Notes under the pieces: generated by a model
Told to the model about the DNA's origin: nothing
What the model saw: the letters and a program-made list of their open reading frames with translations, nothing else
The model's database searches: none
DNA from: Octopus sinensis
Lineage: Eukaryota
Direction: 5' to 3'
Assembly (NCBI RefSeq): GCF_006345805.1
Contig: NC_042999.1
Coordinates: 56,792,001 to 56,856,000 of the forward strand
Length of the DNA: 64,000 nt
Translations under genes and position numbers: made by a program
Shown: positions 1-12,842 of the stretch, one piece after another
Layout: each line of letters starts with the position of its first letter
Numbering within the stretch: the stretch's first letter is position 1

Positions 1-221
1 GGGAGTAATAGGCAGAGTAAAGGCTTCAAAGTGAAAGAGTGAAATGTTAAAATATTGAGTTTTCTCGAATTTTGTCTTAATTGGGGGTGAAATTGAAAGA
101 AATTTTGTATGGCATGACCGAATGGAAGTACTTGTAAAAATCATGGGTAAACTGTAATTGAAGAAATGTGGGTGAGGAGTAAATCGTTATGTATTTATTT
201 GTTTCTGTTTGCTGTTTTTTT

Positions 222-321
222 NNNNNNNNNNNNNNNNNNNNNNNNNNNNNNNNNNNNNNNNNNNNNNNNNNNNNNNNNNNNNNNNNNNNNNNNNNNNNNN
301 NNNNNNNNNNNNNNNNNNNNN
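222..321. other. Assembly gap (100 N)
   Basis: Run of exactly 100 N. Confidence 0.99.
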
Positions 322-3300
322 TCCATCTACTAAATTTACTCACAAGGCATTGGTTGACTTGGGGCTACAGTAGATGACGCTTACTCAAGGTGCCGTGTAG
401 TGGGACTGAACCTGAAAACACATGGTTGCAAAGCAATCTTCTTAATCACACAGCCATGTCTCCCCCTATTTAAACAGTTTTAAGGAATAATTTCCAAGTA
501 GATTGAAATAGAAAGAATTGTAAAGAAATAGTCATAGTTTAAGTTGAATGTAGCAGCAACTAGCTACAACAATCTGTGCAAAATGTCCTAAGATATAATA
601 TTGTTTAGTGTAATGCCATGCAGTTCAAGGGCCAACCTAACATTTTATACCTTGATGACAAGAGTGATAAAAATATCAGTTACATATAGCAGTTGATTAT
701 AGTGACTGTACTGTCTGTGTGCTTGGTAAATTTTTATTGTAGGTTACTGTGAAATGAAACTTATCTATTTTAAAATACTTATACCTGGGTCAGCCTTGGT
801 TCTGCAGACTTATTGAACAAAACCTTTCCAGTTCTCACCATCTTGTCTTTCCTTTTTACACAATGTATTTTTAGATACATTGTGTCCTTCATTTTTTTAG
901 TAGAGTAAGGTGTGGAATCTCTAGCAACTCCAGTGATAGTGTGGATGTGTCCCTCATCATTAAATGTGAAGTTTATTGAGAGGTTATTGAAGTGAATGTT
1001 TGTTAACAGTGTTATTTTAATTCAAGTAGTTTATATGATATTTTATAATAAAAACAATAATAAAAAATTGCAATAATGAAGCTTGTTATTTTATTGTTGT
1101 AAATGTCTACAAGTTTACAATAATGTTGAATTCTTTGCCATGAAACCACCTCAATTCTGGGAAGAGGGTATTTTCAAGTTAAAGGAGAGATGGAGACGCA
1201 TTGTCCAACAAAATTTGGTTGATTAAAAATGTAATGGCAAGTATTTATTGACATTTTTCTTTCTTTTAAAAATCGACACAAACTTTCTGGACAACCCAAT
1301 ATAACAATGTTTATGTCTGACAGACATAAACACTGTTATAGTATACATTTTGTCAGCCTGTTATAGCATTCTACCAACCATTAACAGATATAATATGCAT
1401 TCTGTCAAACATCAACATAAATATAGCATTCTGTTACACTGAATGCTGCTATAACATACATTCTGTCCAAACATCAACACTGTCATAATACTTATTCTGT
1501 CAATGTTATTAACAATCATATACATCACCATCATAACGACAATCCAAGATGGATTTGTTGTTATATATTCCTTCAGACTCACTCTCCAGTGCATGCTACC
1601 ATTCAATTTTTGATGTATTTGGATTTCAGACTTACTTCCCTTAACTATCCTTTACAATAATCATCATTAATATTAATATCGTCCATTTTTTTTTTTTGTT
1701 TTTCATTATAGGTGTAATTCATTAAAAAATATTTGGATGCTGACTATGAAGTCTATTAGATCCTATAGGTTAATCCTGCAGAAGGTATTGGAAATTTTCA
1801 CAAATTATTTTTCTATGATATCGTAGGCAAGAAGCCAGATTTTGTTGGAGCAATTGTTTTTACAACTAAATATATATATATATTATGCAGGCATACCTGT
1901 GTGGATAGTCGCAGGCATGGCTGTGTGATAAGAAGTTTGCTTCCCAACCACATCGTTCCAAGTTCAGTCCCACTGTGTAGCATCTTGCGCTAGTGTCTTC
2001 TACTATAGCCACAGGCTGACCAAAGCCTTGTGAAAGAAGCCCATCATGTGTATATGTGTGTAGCTCACAAAAAGTATATACAATCAATATATAATAAGTA
2101 AAAAAAAACTATGTTAATGATATGTTTTTGAGAGATAAGTAAACTTTTTTATTTAAGAAATATTATTGTACTCTATATAAATATTGATTGTTAAATATGA
2201 ATTTATAATTTTTTATTTGTTAAATGATAATTTAGATATTATGTACATTTATCTAATTATTATATCTGAACGCAAATTTTAAGATATTAGTTAGTCACTT
2301 TGCGATCTAGATCGTAAAAATGTTTCAATTTAACTATAAGTTTCGTATTATATTTCTAGTCATCTTATATTACATTTAGTAATAATAAGTATTTTATAAA
2401 GATAGTTTATTATGTTTTTAATTTGGTATTTTTCAATACTTAATATGTATAAATATTTTCTAAAGATATCTATAATACTTATGTAAGTAATAATGGACTA
2501 ATTTATATATTGGTTATATGTTTATTGAGAGAAAAAATATAGATTTTTAAATACTATATTTGTTGATTATAATTTAGATACTTATTTTTATGTATTTATT
2601 ATTTTATAATTATTATACGCGAACTAAAATCTAAAAATATTAATAGTTATTGTTTTGTTAACTAGTTTGGTAATTAAATATTAGAGTATAACTAGGTTAA
2701 AGATATTCTATAGTTTATTAATGTTTTTTAAAGCTAAATTATATTTTCACAGATAAATACATTTTTCTATCTATTTTTTCTATCTATTTACTCTATTTTT
2801 TTACCTTAAATATTTAATATAATAAATGTATTGTAGGAAACTTATCCTAATGTTTTAAGTTTTAAATTTAGTTAATGGAGTTTCTTCTATAATAAAAATC
2901 ATTATTTTATTTATTTAAGAAACACACAAAAAACGTTAGATTCACTTCAACATTTAAATTTAATTTGTCAAAATATTTTCATTGCTTTGAGACTGCGACC
3001 TGTTCACTGACAAAATGTCGTGCAGGTGGTGCTTTTTATGCATCACCTGCACAGGAGCCAGTCGGGTGGGCCTGGTATCGATCATGTCACCAGCACTGAC
3101 AGGATCACCAGCTACCTTGTAAGGTAACAGCCCCTCAACTGTACTATCATACATTCCACATTTAAGGTGGTGAGCTGGCAGAATTGTTAGTGGCATTTTA
3201 TTTGTCCTAATGTTCCAAGTTCAAATTCCACCAATGTCGACTTCACCCTTCATCCTTTCAGGGTTGATAAAATAAGTACTAGTTGAGCACTGGGGTCATG

Positions 3301-4507
3301 CTTACCCTCTTCCCTGAAATTGCTGGCCTTGTGTCAAATTATGAAACTAATATATTTCAGATTTGCATCACTCAATCATATTTGTATACTTTTGTTTGTT
3401 TGGTACTGTTTAGCCCCAGGTCAACTCTGAGCAGACACATCATCAAAGCCATTCTAGCTGTGATCAATCAGTCTTTTTAAAGGTATCTAGGACTACATTT
3501 TCTAACTTATTCTTTCCTTGTTTAAGGCAGTACAGTATCATTTGAAGAAGTTTTGGTTGCTATTTCTAGCAAGTTGAGCAACAACATAATTGCTCCTCTC
3601 TGGCTTCTGTTTCTTTACAAGCTGACTATTGTCAGCAAGTTACCACTTTCTGGCCCTCTCATTGAAATAGAAAGTTTTGACTAGTTTTTTTACCATTTAT
3701 CTTTAGTTTCCGTTATAGGACTGTGGTCATGCTGGAGCACCACCTTGAAGGGCTTTAGTCAAATGAATTGATCCCAGAGCTTATTAATTCTTGAAGCCTA
3801 GTACTTATGCCATTGATCACTTATGCTGAACAACTAAATCAATTGCTAAGTGGTGGTGGAGGACAAACAAAGGCACATACAATAGGCTTCATTCGGTTTT
3901 CATTTACCAAATCCACTCACAAAGCTTTAGTCAGCCAAAGGCGCCGAGCAGTGGGACTGAACACAGAACCATGTGGTTGAGGAGGCAAACTTCTTATCAC
4001 ACAAGCACTGCTGTGCTTGTAAGTATCTCTTGACCAGACAGGGCCCTGGGATGATGGGACCTCAGAGCCATAATGTGCATTTGAGGTGTTAATGTTTACT
4101 GAGTCCTGCGATTCACTTCATGCAGATAGCTGTGCTCTTCATCTACAATCAAGCCATGTTGTTGCTTGTCCTAAACACTTACTTGCAACACTTTTACAAC
4201 CAATAAACACAATTTTAATTCCTTACATTTAAATAATTTTCTTAAAAAAAAGTTTACATCCGATTTGAAAACAAATCAATGAAGTTAAAATATTTATCAA
4301 AATGATACTTAATATTAATTTTATTTATTTATTTCATTTGTTGATTAATCGATAATTTATGAGATCATTAGTGTAATATGTTTATATCAAATGATATTGT
4401 CAGAAGCATAGTTTAGCAAGCTGTTTGTCGGATGTAGCTTTGAACAGAGGCTACCAAACTTTTCTGGAAGGTAGGCTGGATTGGAAATGTTTATGTATTT
4501 AGCAAAT

Positions 4508-4662
4508 AGGAGTGGCTGTGTGGTAAGTAGCTTGCTTACCAACCACATGGTTCCGGGTTCAGTCCCACTGTGAGGCACCTTGGGCAAGTGTCTTTTGCTA
4601 CAGCCTCGGGCCGACCAAAGTCTTGTGAGTGGATTTGGTAGACGGAAACTGAAAGAAGCCCG

Positions 4663-4710
<48 letters not shown>

Positions 4711-4915
4711 ATTTGTATGTCTGTGTTTCTCCCCGCAACATCGTTTGACAACCGATGCTGGTTTGTTTACATCCCCATAACTTAGCAGTTCGGCAAAAGA
4801 GACCGATAGAATAAGTACTAGGCTTACAAAGAATAAACCCTGGGATCGATTTGCTCAACTGAAGACGGTGCTCCAGCATGGCCACAGTCAAATGACTGAA
4901 ACAAGTAAAAGAGTA
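4508..4915 (+). mobile_element. tRNA-derived SINE family A (internal (TA)n(TG)n)
   Basis: Head ggagtggctgtgtggtaag...ggttcagtccc; tail aaacaagtaaaagag. Confidence 0.85.
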
Positions 4916-5903
4916 ATTCAAAATTAGTAAAAATATTATCATTATATAATGCAATAGAAATGGCTTATTTTTATGAGTTTGTTTTAAAAGTCACCTGTTG
5001 TAATGAAGGGGCCAGTATACATTTAATGACAGATTGCAGTGACAAGTTAAATATTTCTTATGGCAATTGTGCATTGGGGTACATGTGGTACCAGTCAGTT
5101 TACTTGCATTTCTCAGTAGACAGGTAAACATTTTTGGTCCCTCATCCTTTCTTAGAATCAATTATTCATGTAAACTATATTGTGACAGTGTCATGAAGAA
5201 GAAAACATTTATCAAATCCATGTCCAAAGTGCCGCACAATGAGATTGAACCCAAGACCACAGGGTTGGGAAATAAACTTAACCACAGAGCCATACCTGTG
5301 TATGTGTGCGCATGTATATATATAGTGTATGTGTATTATGTTGCCATGTCTTGACATCATACAACAGTTGTAAATGAGCAACACTATCATATAAGGGATA
5401 TCTCTCATTTCCAATCTTCAATGAAAGCATGGCTAGACATGGGGACATATTCCTTGCTGGGCACAGAAAATCTGCCACAGTGAATTCTGCCTGGCCCATG
5501 CAAACATGGAAAATGGATGTTGATGATGATGCTAACCAAATATAGATTAGAAAAAGTTAAAAAATTTTGCCTACAGGGTCACATATTTAATACAGATGGC
5601 TAGTTGGGTTTGGTCTGTAGGTCATAGTTTGCTGAATCTTGGCTTAAAATAGCAAATTTATTAACAGATAGTTTCAGACTTGAGTATTTGTCTCACATGA
5701 CTCTTTTGAATTTCTTATAGAACATAGTAAGAAATGACAAGTTGCTTATGAATACCTTCAAAGATACCAAAAAACAGTAATTATGGTTGTGTATATAATT
5801 ACTGGTACAAATCAACTGGTCTCAAAGAACTTGATTATTTCTATTAGAAAAAAAAAAACAAAGATAAATCTGAAAAGACAGTAAGCAGGAGCGTGTAGCT
5901 TAT

Positions 5904-6226
5904 TCATCATCATCATCATCGTTTAATGTCCGCTTTCCATGCTAGCATGGGTTGGACGGTTCAACTGGGGTCTGGGAAGCCAGAAGGCTGCACCAAGCCT
6001 AGTCTGATCTGGCAGTGTTTCTACAGCTGGATGCTCTTCCTAACGCCAACCACTCCGTGAGTGTAGTGGGTGATTTTTACATGCCAGACGAGGCTGGCAA
6101 ACGGCCATGATCGGATGGTGCTTTTTACATGCCACCGGCACGGAGGCCAGACGAGGCTGGCAATGGCCACGATCGGATGGTGCTTTTTACATGCCACCGG
6201 CACAGAGGCCAGTCGGGGCGGCGCTC
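5904..6226 (-). mobile_element. RTE 3'-UTR-related repeat (family C) with (GAT)n tail
   Basis: Matches the RTE 3' UTR at 34280-34528. Other copies: 11683-11970 (+), 29327-29640 (-), 37226-37412 (-), 48455-48875 (-), 54982-55324 (-). Confidence 0.8.
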
Positions 6227-6505
6227 ACCATCATTTAATATCCACTTTTCCATGTTTGCATGAGTCGGACAGAACTTGCTGAGACATTTTCTGCAGCTAG
6301 ATGTTCTTCCTGTCACGAACCCTATGGTCAGACATGTTTTTGTAGAACATTAGAAAGAAAAGAAGCAAGCAGCATTGCTTGTATGATACTAATACTCATT
6401 TACAACCATTATGTGATGCCAAGACAAGAGTACACACAAAAACACACAAATCATCATCATATATACATATGTGCATACACAGGTGCACACACATACATAT
6501 ATATA

Positions 6506-6848
6506 TACTCTTTTACTTGTTTCAGTCATGTGACTGTGGCTATGCTGGAGCACCACCACCCCAGGACTTATTCTTTGTAAGCCTAGTACTTATTCTTTTG
6601 GTCTCTTTTGCCGAACTGCTAAGTTACGGGGATGTAAACACAATACCATCAGTTGTCAAGTGATGTTGGGGGAACAAACACAGACACACACACATGATGG
6701 GCTTCTTTCAGTTTCCGTCTACCAAATCTCCTCACAAGGCTTTGGTATTGATAGAAAACACTTACCCAAAGTGCCACGTGGTGGGATTGAACCCGGAACC
6801 ATGTGGTTCGTAAGCAAGCTACTTACCACACAGCCACTCCTATGCCTA
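6506..6848 (-). mobile_element. SINE family A
   Basis: Reverse complement of 4508-4915. Confidence 0.85.
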
Positions 6849-7147
6849 CAAAAAAAAAATGGACTTTATTAAATTTCCACCAACCAAATCTACTCAGGGC
6901 TATAATAGAAAACACATGTTCAAGGTACCATAGAGAGGGATTGAACCCAAGATCCCATGTACCTTGCCCTACCTGTGACAAAATAAGAGTAAGAGAAAGC
7001 TATTTTAGTCTGTGCATTAGAAATCTAACCATGACCATGATTTGGAATTACAAGAGTATGAGACACAAGGTGGCGTTAGATGAAATGATTGGAACGTTAT
7101 TAGTAGAAGTATACCTTTGGAATTAACTCTACCCTGTGAATGACCAT

Positions 7148-7240
7148 CTAAGCCGCTCGCTTTCTTACTTTGGAACCTCTCTTCTTTTTGTCTAGGAGTA
7201 GTCGCTGTCGGAGTTCCTTTCTTCTTGCATCTTCCTTTTC
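7148..7240 (-). CDS. NHEJ1: NHEJ1 terminal coding exon (EKEDARRKELRQRLLLDKKKRGSKVRKRAA*)
   Basis: Acceptor ctgtttttctag|GAA, phase 0; basic C-terminus as expected for XLF; TAG at 7150-7148. Confidence 0.75.
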   Translation of the reverse strand, partial: EKEDARRKELRQRLLLDKKKRGSKVRKRAA

Positions 7241-10200
7241 CTAGAAAAACAGTGAAATAGAATTTGTACTTATTTCTTTTCTTTTTTTTTTTTTCATATT
7301 CTTCATCATTATTTTTATCATGAATACCAACAGCATCAACAAAAAAACAACAGTAACAAGAAAAATCTGAAATCTGCCAACATTCCTTCCTCCATATGGC
7401 GCCACATGGAAGGACTTATCTCCTGTTAATCAAATTATATACATATATATATCACCATAATCACTGTGACCGACCAGGCTATCAGATGTTGCTACACATC
7501 GCTGGTCACAATGCACTTCGCATTGCTTTAGCCTTCAAATGATGCCACCCCGCTGGCAAAGCGAGCAGGCCAACAGAAGAAAGAGTGAGAGAAAGTTGTT
7601 GCGAAAGAGTACAGGAGGAATCGCCACCATCCCCTGCGGCAGCCTCATGGAGTGTTAGGTGTTTTCGCTCAATAAACACTCACAACGCCCAGTCTGGGAA
7701 TCGAAACCGCGATGGTATCTACATCAGTATGGCTTGTTCTAACAGAACATTCACATTTAAGAGGACATAAATATTACCTCGCAGTATTAATATTGTTTCT
7801 TGCTAGTATACATTTTTCAAAACATTTAATATTTTTATATTTTTGCCTTCCAATTCTAGTCTTTTTTCCAATAAAATTCTACTGGTATTGATAGTTATTC
7901 CAAAAATCTGTGGGTCAACTATTACATACAACTATTACATACATCTCACAATATAATTTATTCACTAATCCTTTAGCAAATAACAAACTAGCTGTCAGTA
8001 ATAGAAAAATACCGATAGGATACTTGTATAATGTAGAGACCCCTTCAAAGCCAGATGCACTGTGTAACTAAGTGGTCTGCTTAGAAACATAAAGTGACAG
8101 CAGCAGCAGATTTTGAACTCATGACCCATGAGTTGGGATATTTGTAATTCATCCACTAAGCCTTCCACAGACATCAATATGATAGTCTAGATCAGTGTTC
8201 CTCAAAGTGAGTTCTGTGAAACAGCTTTAAAAGATCCCATATCCATAAGATAAGGGGTCTTCAAAGCTGATTCTACTGGTGTTGTATGAGCCACCAAGAA
8301 AGGCTACACAGTCGTTTAATCTGCTAGAAATAACATTCAAATATTCCTACTGTTTTAAAAATGATCAATACATTAACCCTTTAGCATTTAAACTGGCCAT
8401 ATCTGGCCCAAATATTCTATCTATTCTATGTTCAAACTGAGCAGATCTAGCCTCTCACACCTACCCTACAATGTTATTCTAAAAATAAACAATCACATCA
8501 TTGAAATCTCAAAGCTACAAGATAATGCATTATTAACTCAAAATAATAAAGTAATCTGTATGTTGAAGGGTTAAACAACATCTTCCAAGATAGGCGCAAT
8601 AGTGGCTGTGTGGTAAGTAGCTTGCTTATCAACCACATGGTTCCAGGTTCAGTCCCACAGCGTGGCACCTTGGGCAAGTGTCTTCTACTATAGCTTCGGG
8701 CTGACCAAAGCCTTGTGAGTGGATTTGGTAGACAGAAACTGAAAGAAGCCCATTGTATATATGTATATATGTATGTGTGTGTATGTTTGTGTGTCTGTGT
8801 TTGTCCCCCAACATCGCTTGACAACCAATGTTGGTGTGTTTACGTCCCCGTAACTTAGCAGTTTGGCAAAAGAGACAGATAGAATAAGTACCAGGCTTAC
8901 AAAGAATAAGTCCTGGGGGTCGATTTGCTCGACTAAAGGCAGTGCTTCAACATGGCCACAGTCAAATGACTGAAACAAGTAAAAGAAAGAAGGACAAAGG
9001 GGAAAAAGATATACATGCCTTCTCTAGAATTTCTGTCATGGATGGCGAAGTCACAAGAGGACATATTTCTACCTCATTCTTTACTGGCTCCTTTTTATCC
9101 AGGTATGAAGTACCATTCAACCAAGAAGGGCCACCTGCTTTGTAAGCACATTGAGAACTTTCATTGTCATCACTAGTATCACCTGAAAATAAATTAAAAT
9201 GATTAAATTAAATAAATTAAAACAATTTTATCAATTGCAAAGAGAGTAAATTGCCTGGAATGTTAAAATTGTAGTTTAAGGATGATGTATTCAAATATAT
9301 TGCAAGAATTTTGTTGGGTCTTGGAATAGGGTTCTTATGTGCTTCACTGCAATGATAATGTAGCCAATATAGGATTGGCAGAACCCATGGAATAGCAGGA
9401 AAAAATGCCATGCAGCGTTTAGTTATGGTTCTTTGCATTCTGTGTTCAAATCTTTCCAGAGTAACTTTTCTTTTCACCATCATCATTGTTTAACATCTAC
9501 TTTCTATGCTGGTATGGGTTGGACAGTGATAAGTCCAGCAAGCTAGAGGACTGCATCAAACTCTACTGTCTGCTTTAGCATGGTTTTTATGGCTGGATGC
9601 CCTTCTTAATGTCAGTGTCCTTCCTAATGCCAAAACTCCACAGGATTTGATTACAGCCATTGCCCAAATGCAAAGCCTTTAATTTAAAATCCAGTGTTAT
9701 GTTTGCTGTTATTTAACTCCAAGTCAGCTCTGATTGAGTAAACCTATGATTAACCCTTTCATTACCGTATTTCTGTTGAGATGCTCTGTGTTTCGTTCAG
9801 TTAAATTTAAATATAACAGAGTACTATAAATCCTCGAGTATAATCCGCATTTTCCCCCCAAAATTTAGAGGTCAAAATCCCTAGTGTGTATTATGCACGA
9901 GGTTAAAAATGAAACTTATTTTCTAAGCAATGTCCATGTCTCTATTTGCTGTCCGGCAATGCTTATTCCGATGCATTTTGTGATGTTGGACGCGAAAATA
10001 CCTTAAACTAAGCCTGAAAGCAATGAAGTCATAAAAGAATCGTCCATAACATGCAGTAAGCAACATTTATTAAATATTATTACTGTTATTTCTTTATTTT
10101 TTGCTAACAAAATGCACAAAAATGCTACATGTTTGTATTATGTTATATATACAATAATAATAAAGGACGTTACCATACACATTTTTACAAACCAAGGTTT

Positions 10201-12809
10201 AGGTTTTTCAGAGGTACAGCCCCCTAAAAATCCTCTGCGCATTATACTCAAGGGCGGACTATACTCGAGGATTTATGGTATTTAGTAAAATAACTTAGTT
10301 ATCATTAAGCTAGTGTTAGGAACATAAATTGTGACTAAGGTTTGGTGGAAGATTTTAATTCAAAATTTATGAAAACAAGATGTTTGTACTACAAAGCCAG
10401 AGGCAGTTTCAGCCAGGTTGGTATAGAAAGGTATTTCATCACTGACCATCTTATCTTTTACCTAAGCATAATACACATTATCCTATATTACATTTTTTAA
10501 GATGGTAGAGTTGATATGAGAAAGTTTTTAAAGGATTTAATACTTAACACCTGACCTCTAAGATACAGTAGAGGTCAAGTGACCATGTAGAAGCTTCCTC
10601 ATTAGCTTGTTAACCCTGTCTATGTCACTGTTTAGCCCGAGATCAGATAAGTTCTACGATCAAAGCATTCCAAATATGAAAATTCTGCCTTTTCTTTATA
10701 TGCACAAAACCAGGACCACATTATCCAAGTATCCTTTAAAATACTAATGTTGGAGTTGAGGGAAATTTTGCAACTATTTCTAGCAGCTCAAGCGAACACA
10801 TACTGGCTCAATTATTGGGTTATAGGCATTATTATTGTTAAGGTGGCAAGCTAGCAGAATTGTTAGCATGTTAAACGAAATGCTTAGCAGTATTTTATCT
10901 GCTGCTATTTTCTGAGTTCTAATTCTGCCGAGGTTGACTTTGCCTTTCATCGTTTTGGGGTCGATAAATTAAGTACCAGTGATACACTGGTGTCAATTAA
11001 ATCAATTAGTCTCCTCCCCAAGAATTCCAAGCCTTGTACCTATAGTAGAAAAGATTATTATTAGTATTATTATTAAGGTGGCGAGCTGGCAGAATCATTA
11101 TCACTCTAGGCAAAAAATGTTTAGCAGAATTTCATTTGTCTTTACGTTCCAAGTTCAAATTTTGCTGAGGTTGGCTTTGCCTTCCCCACGAATTTCAGGC
11201 CATGTGCCTATAGTAGAAAGGGATATAACTAAGAGTTTTCCATTAAGATTTGTGATTGATTTAATGAGTAAGGTCAATATTTATAATGAATTTGCTATTT
11301 TCAACAAGTGAGCAGTGCACACCAATCACACTCGGAATATAGGCCACCCTAATAGGTACTCACTTCGACCAGCATATGAGAGTCAATGACAATATAGATG
11401 AGCTGGCCACATCGAGTGACTGAAGAATGATAGATGGACAGAGATATGGAAGAGATCAGGGACAAGATCAAGAAGTCAATCAAAGACAAGATAGTTTTTG
11501 TTACTTAGATGATCTAATTAATGCTGAAGACTACATGAGAACCTATAAACAGCTGTTCATTAGCTACAATTTAATAAACAGGAAGAACACATTGGATAAT
11601 GTAGTACTGGATACATACAAAACAAGAAAAACAAAACAAAAAGAAAGGATGGTCGTGGCTGTGATATCTTTAGTCATGTGGCCGATGCCAGCGCCGCCTC
11701 GACTGGCTTCTGTGCCGGTGGCACGTAATATGCACCAATCCGACTGTGGCTGTTGCCAGCCTCGCCTGGCACCTGTGCAGGTGGCACGTAAAAAGCACCC
11801 ACTACACTCACGGAGTGGTTGGCGTTAGGAAGGGCATCCAGCTGTAGAAACATTGCCAGATAAGACTGGAGCCTGGTGCAGCCTTCTGGCTTCCCAGATC
11901 CCCGGTCGAACTGTCCAACCCATGCTAGCATGGAGAACGGACGTTAAACGATGATGATGATGATGATGATACATCTCTAAGATCAAAGCTGGCCTGGAAC
12001 TAAGCAACAATTAGTGCTTGAGGTGGTGTTAGTGAAAGTGAAGTAGCGAAAGGGATGAAGTTCAGGAAGATGTTGCTTTTGTTGACAACAAATGACTTTT
12101 TTCTATATGTAGAAGGCAGATTGCATGAAGCATGTTTAAGTATGGTATTAAGACGCGGGTCAGTGAATGTTGAAGATCTAAGGAGGCTGGAGAGAAATAC
12201 TGTAAGACTGATTAGTATGTGTGAAATGTTAACGTTTATGAGAAACAGAGAATAAGTGAGCTTAGAGGAAGGGTAGGTGCTACCAGCATCAGTTGATGTA
12301 TGAAGGGAAGATAAATTTCCTAATATAGACAAATAAGAATATATGATAGGTATTGGGTGAATAGGTACAAGTGGCATATTGTTGTCATTGGGTGTGCTGC
12401 CACATTGACCATACTATGACTAACATTAGTATTACTCAAATTAGGCAATACAATCTGTGTATTTCCGATACAGCGCCAGAATATGAGCTCACTTAAGTTT
12501 TGCTTCTGACTTCTGAAAGCATATTATTAGTTTTGAAAACAGATTAAGATCAAAGTTATATGATGATATTGGAAGAAAAAAAATTGTAAAATAAATTAAT
12601 TTTAGTTTAGGAATTTTAAATTAATTTAAGTGTAGGCGTAGGAATGGCAGTGTGGTAAGTAGCTTGCTTACGAACCACATGGTTCTGGGTTCAGTCCCAC
12701 TGTGTGGCACCTTGGGCAAGTGTCTTCTACTATAGCCTCGGGCCAACCAAAGCCTTGTGAGTGGATTTGGTAGATGGAAACTGAAAGAAACCTGTCGTGT
12801 ATGTATATG

Positions 12810-12842
<33 letters not shown>

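Noticed and set aside
1575-5720. Possible plus-strand exons (about 1575-1612, 1711-1785, 4404-4469, 5033-5123, 5677-5720)
   Set aside because: AG/GT-bounded open stretches exist, but I recognise no protein and the phases do not chain without weak splice sites. BLASTx or RNA-seq would be needed.
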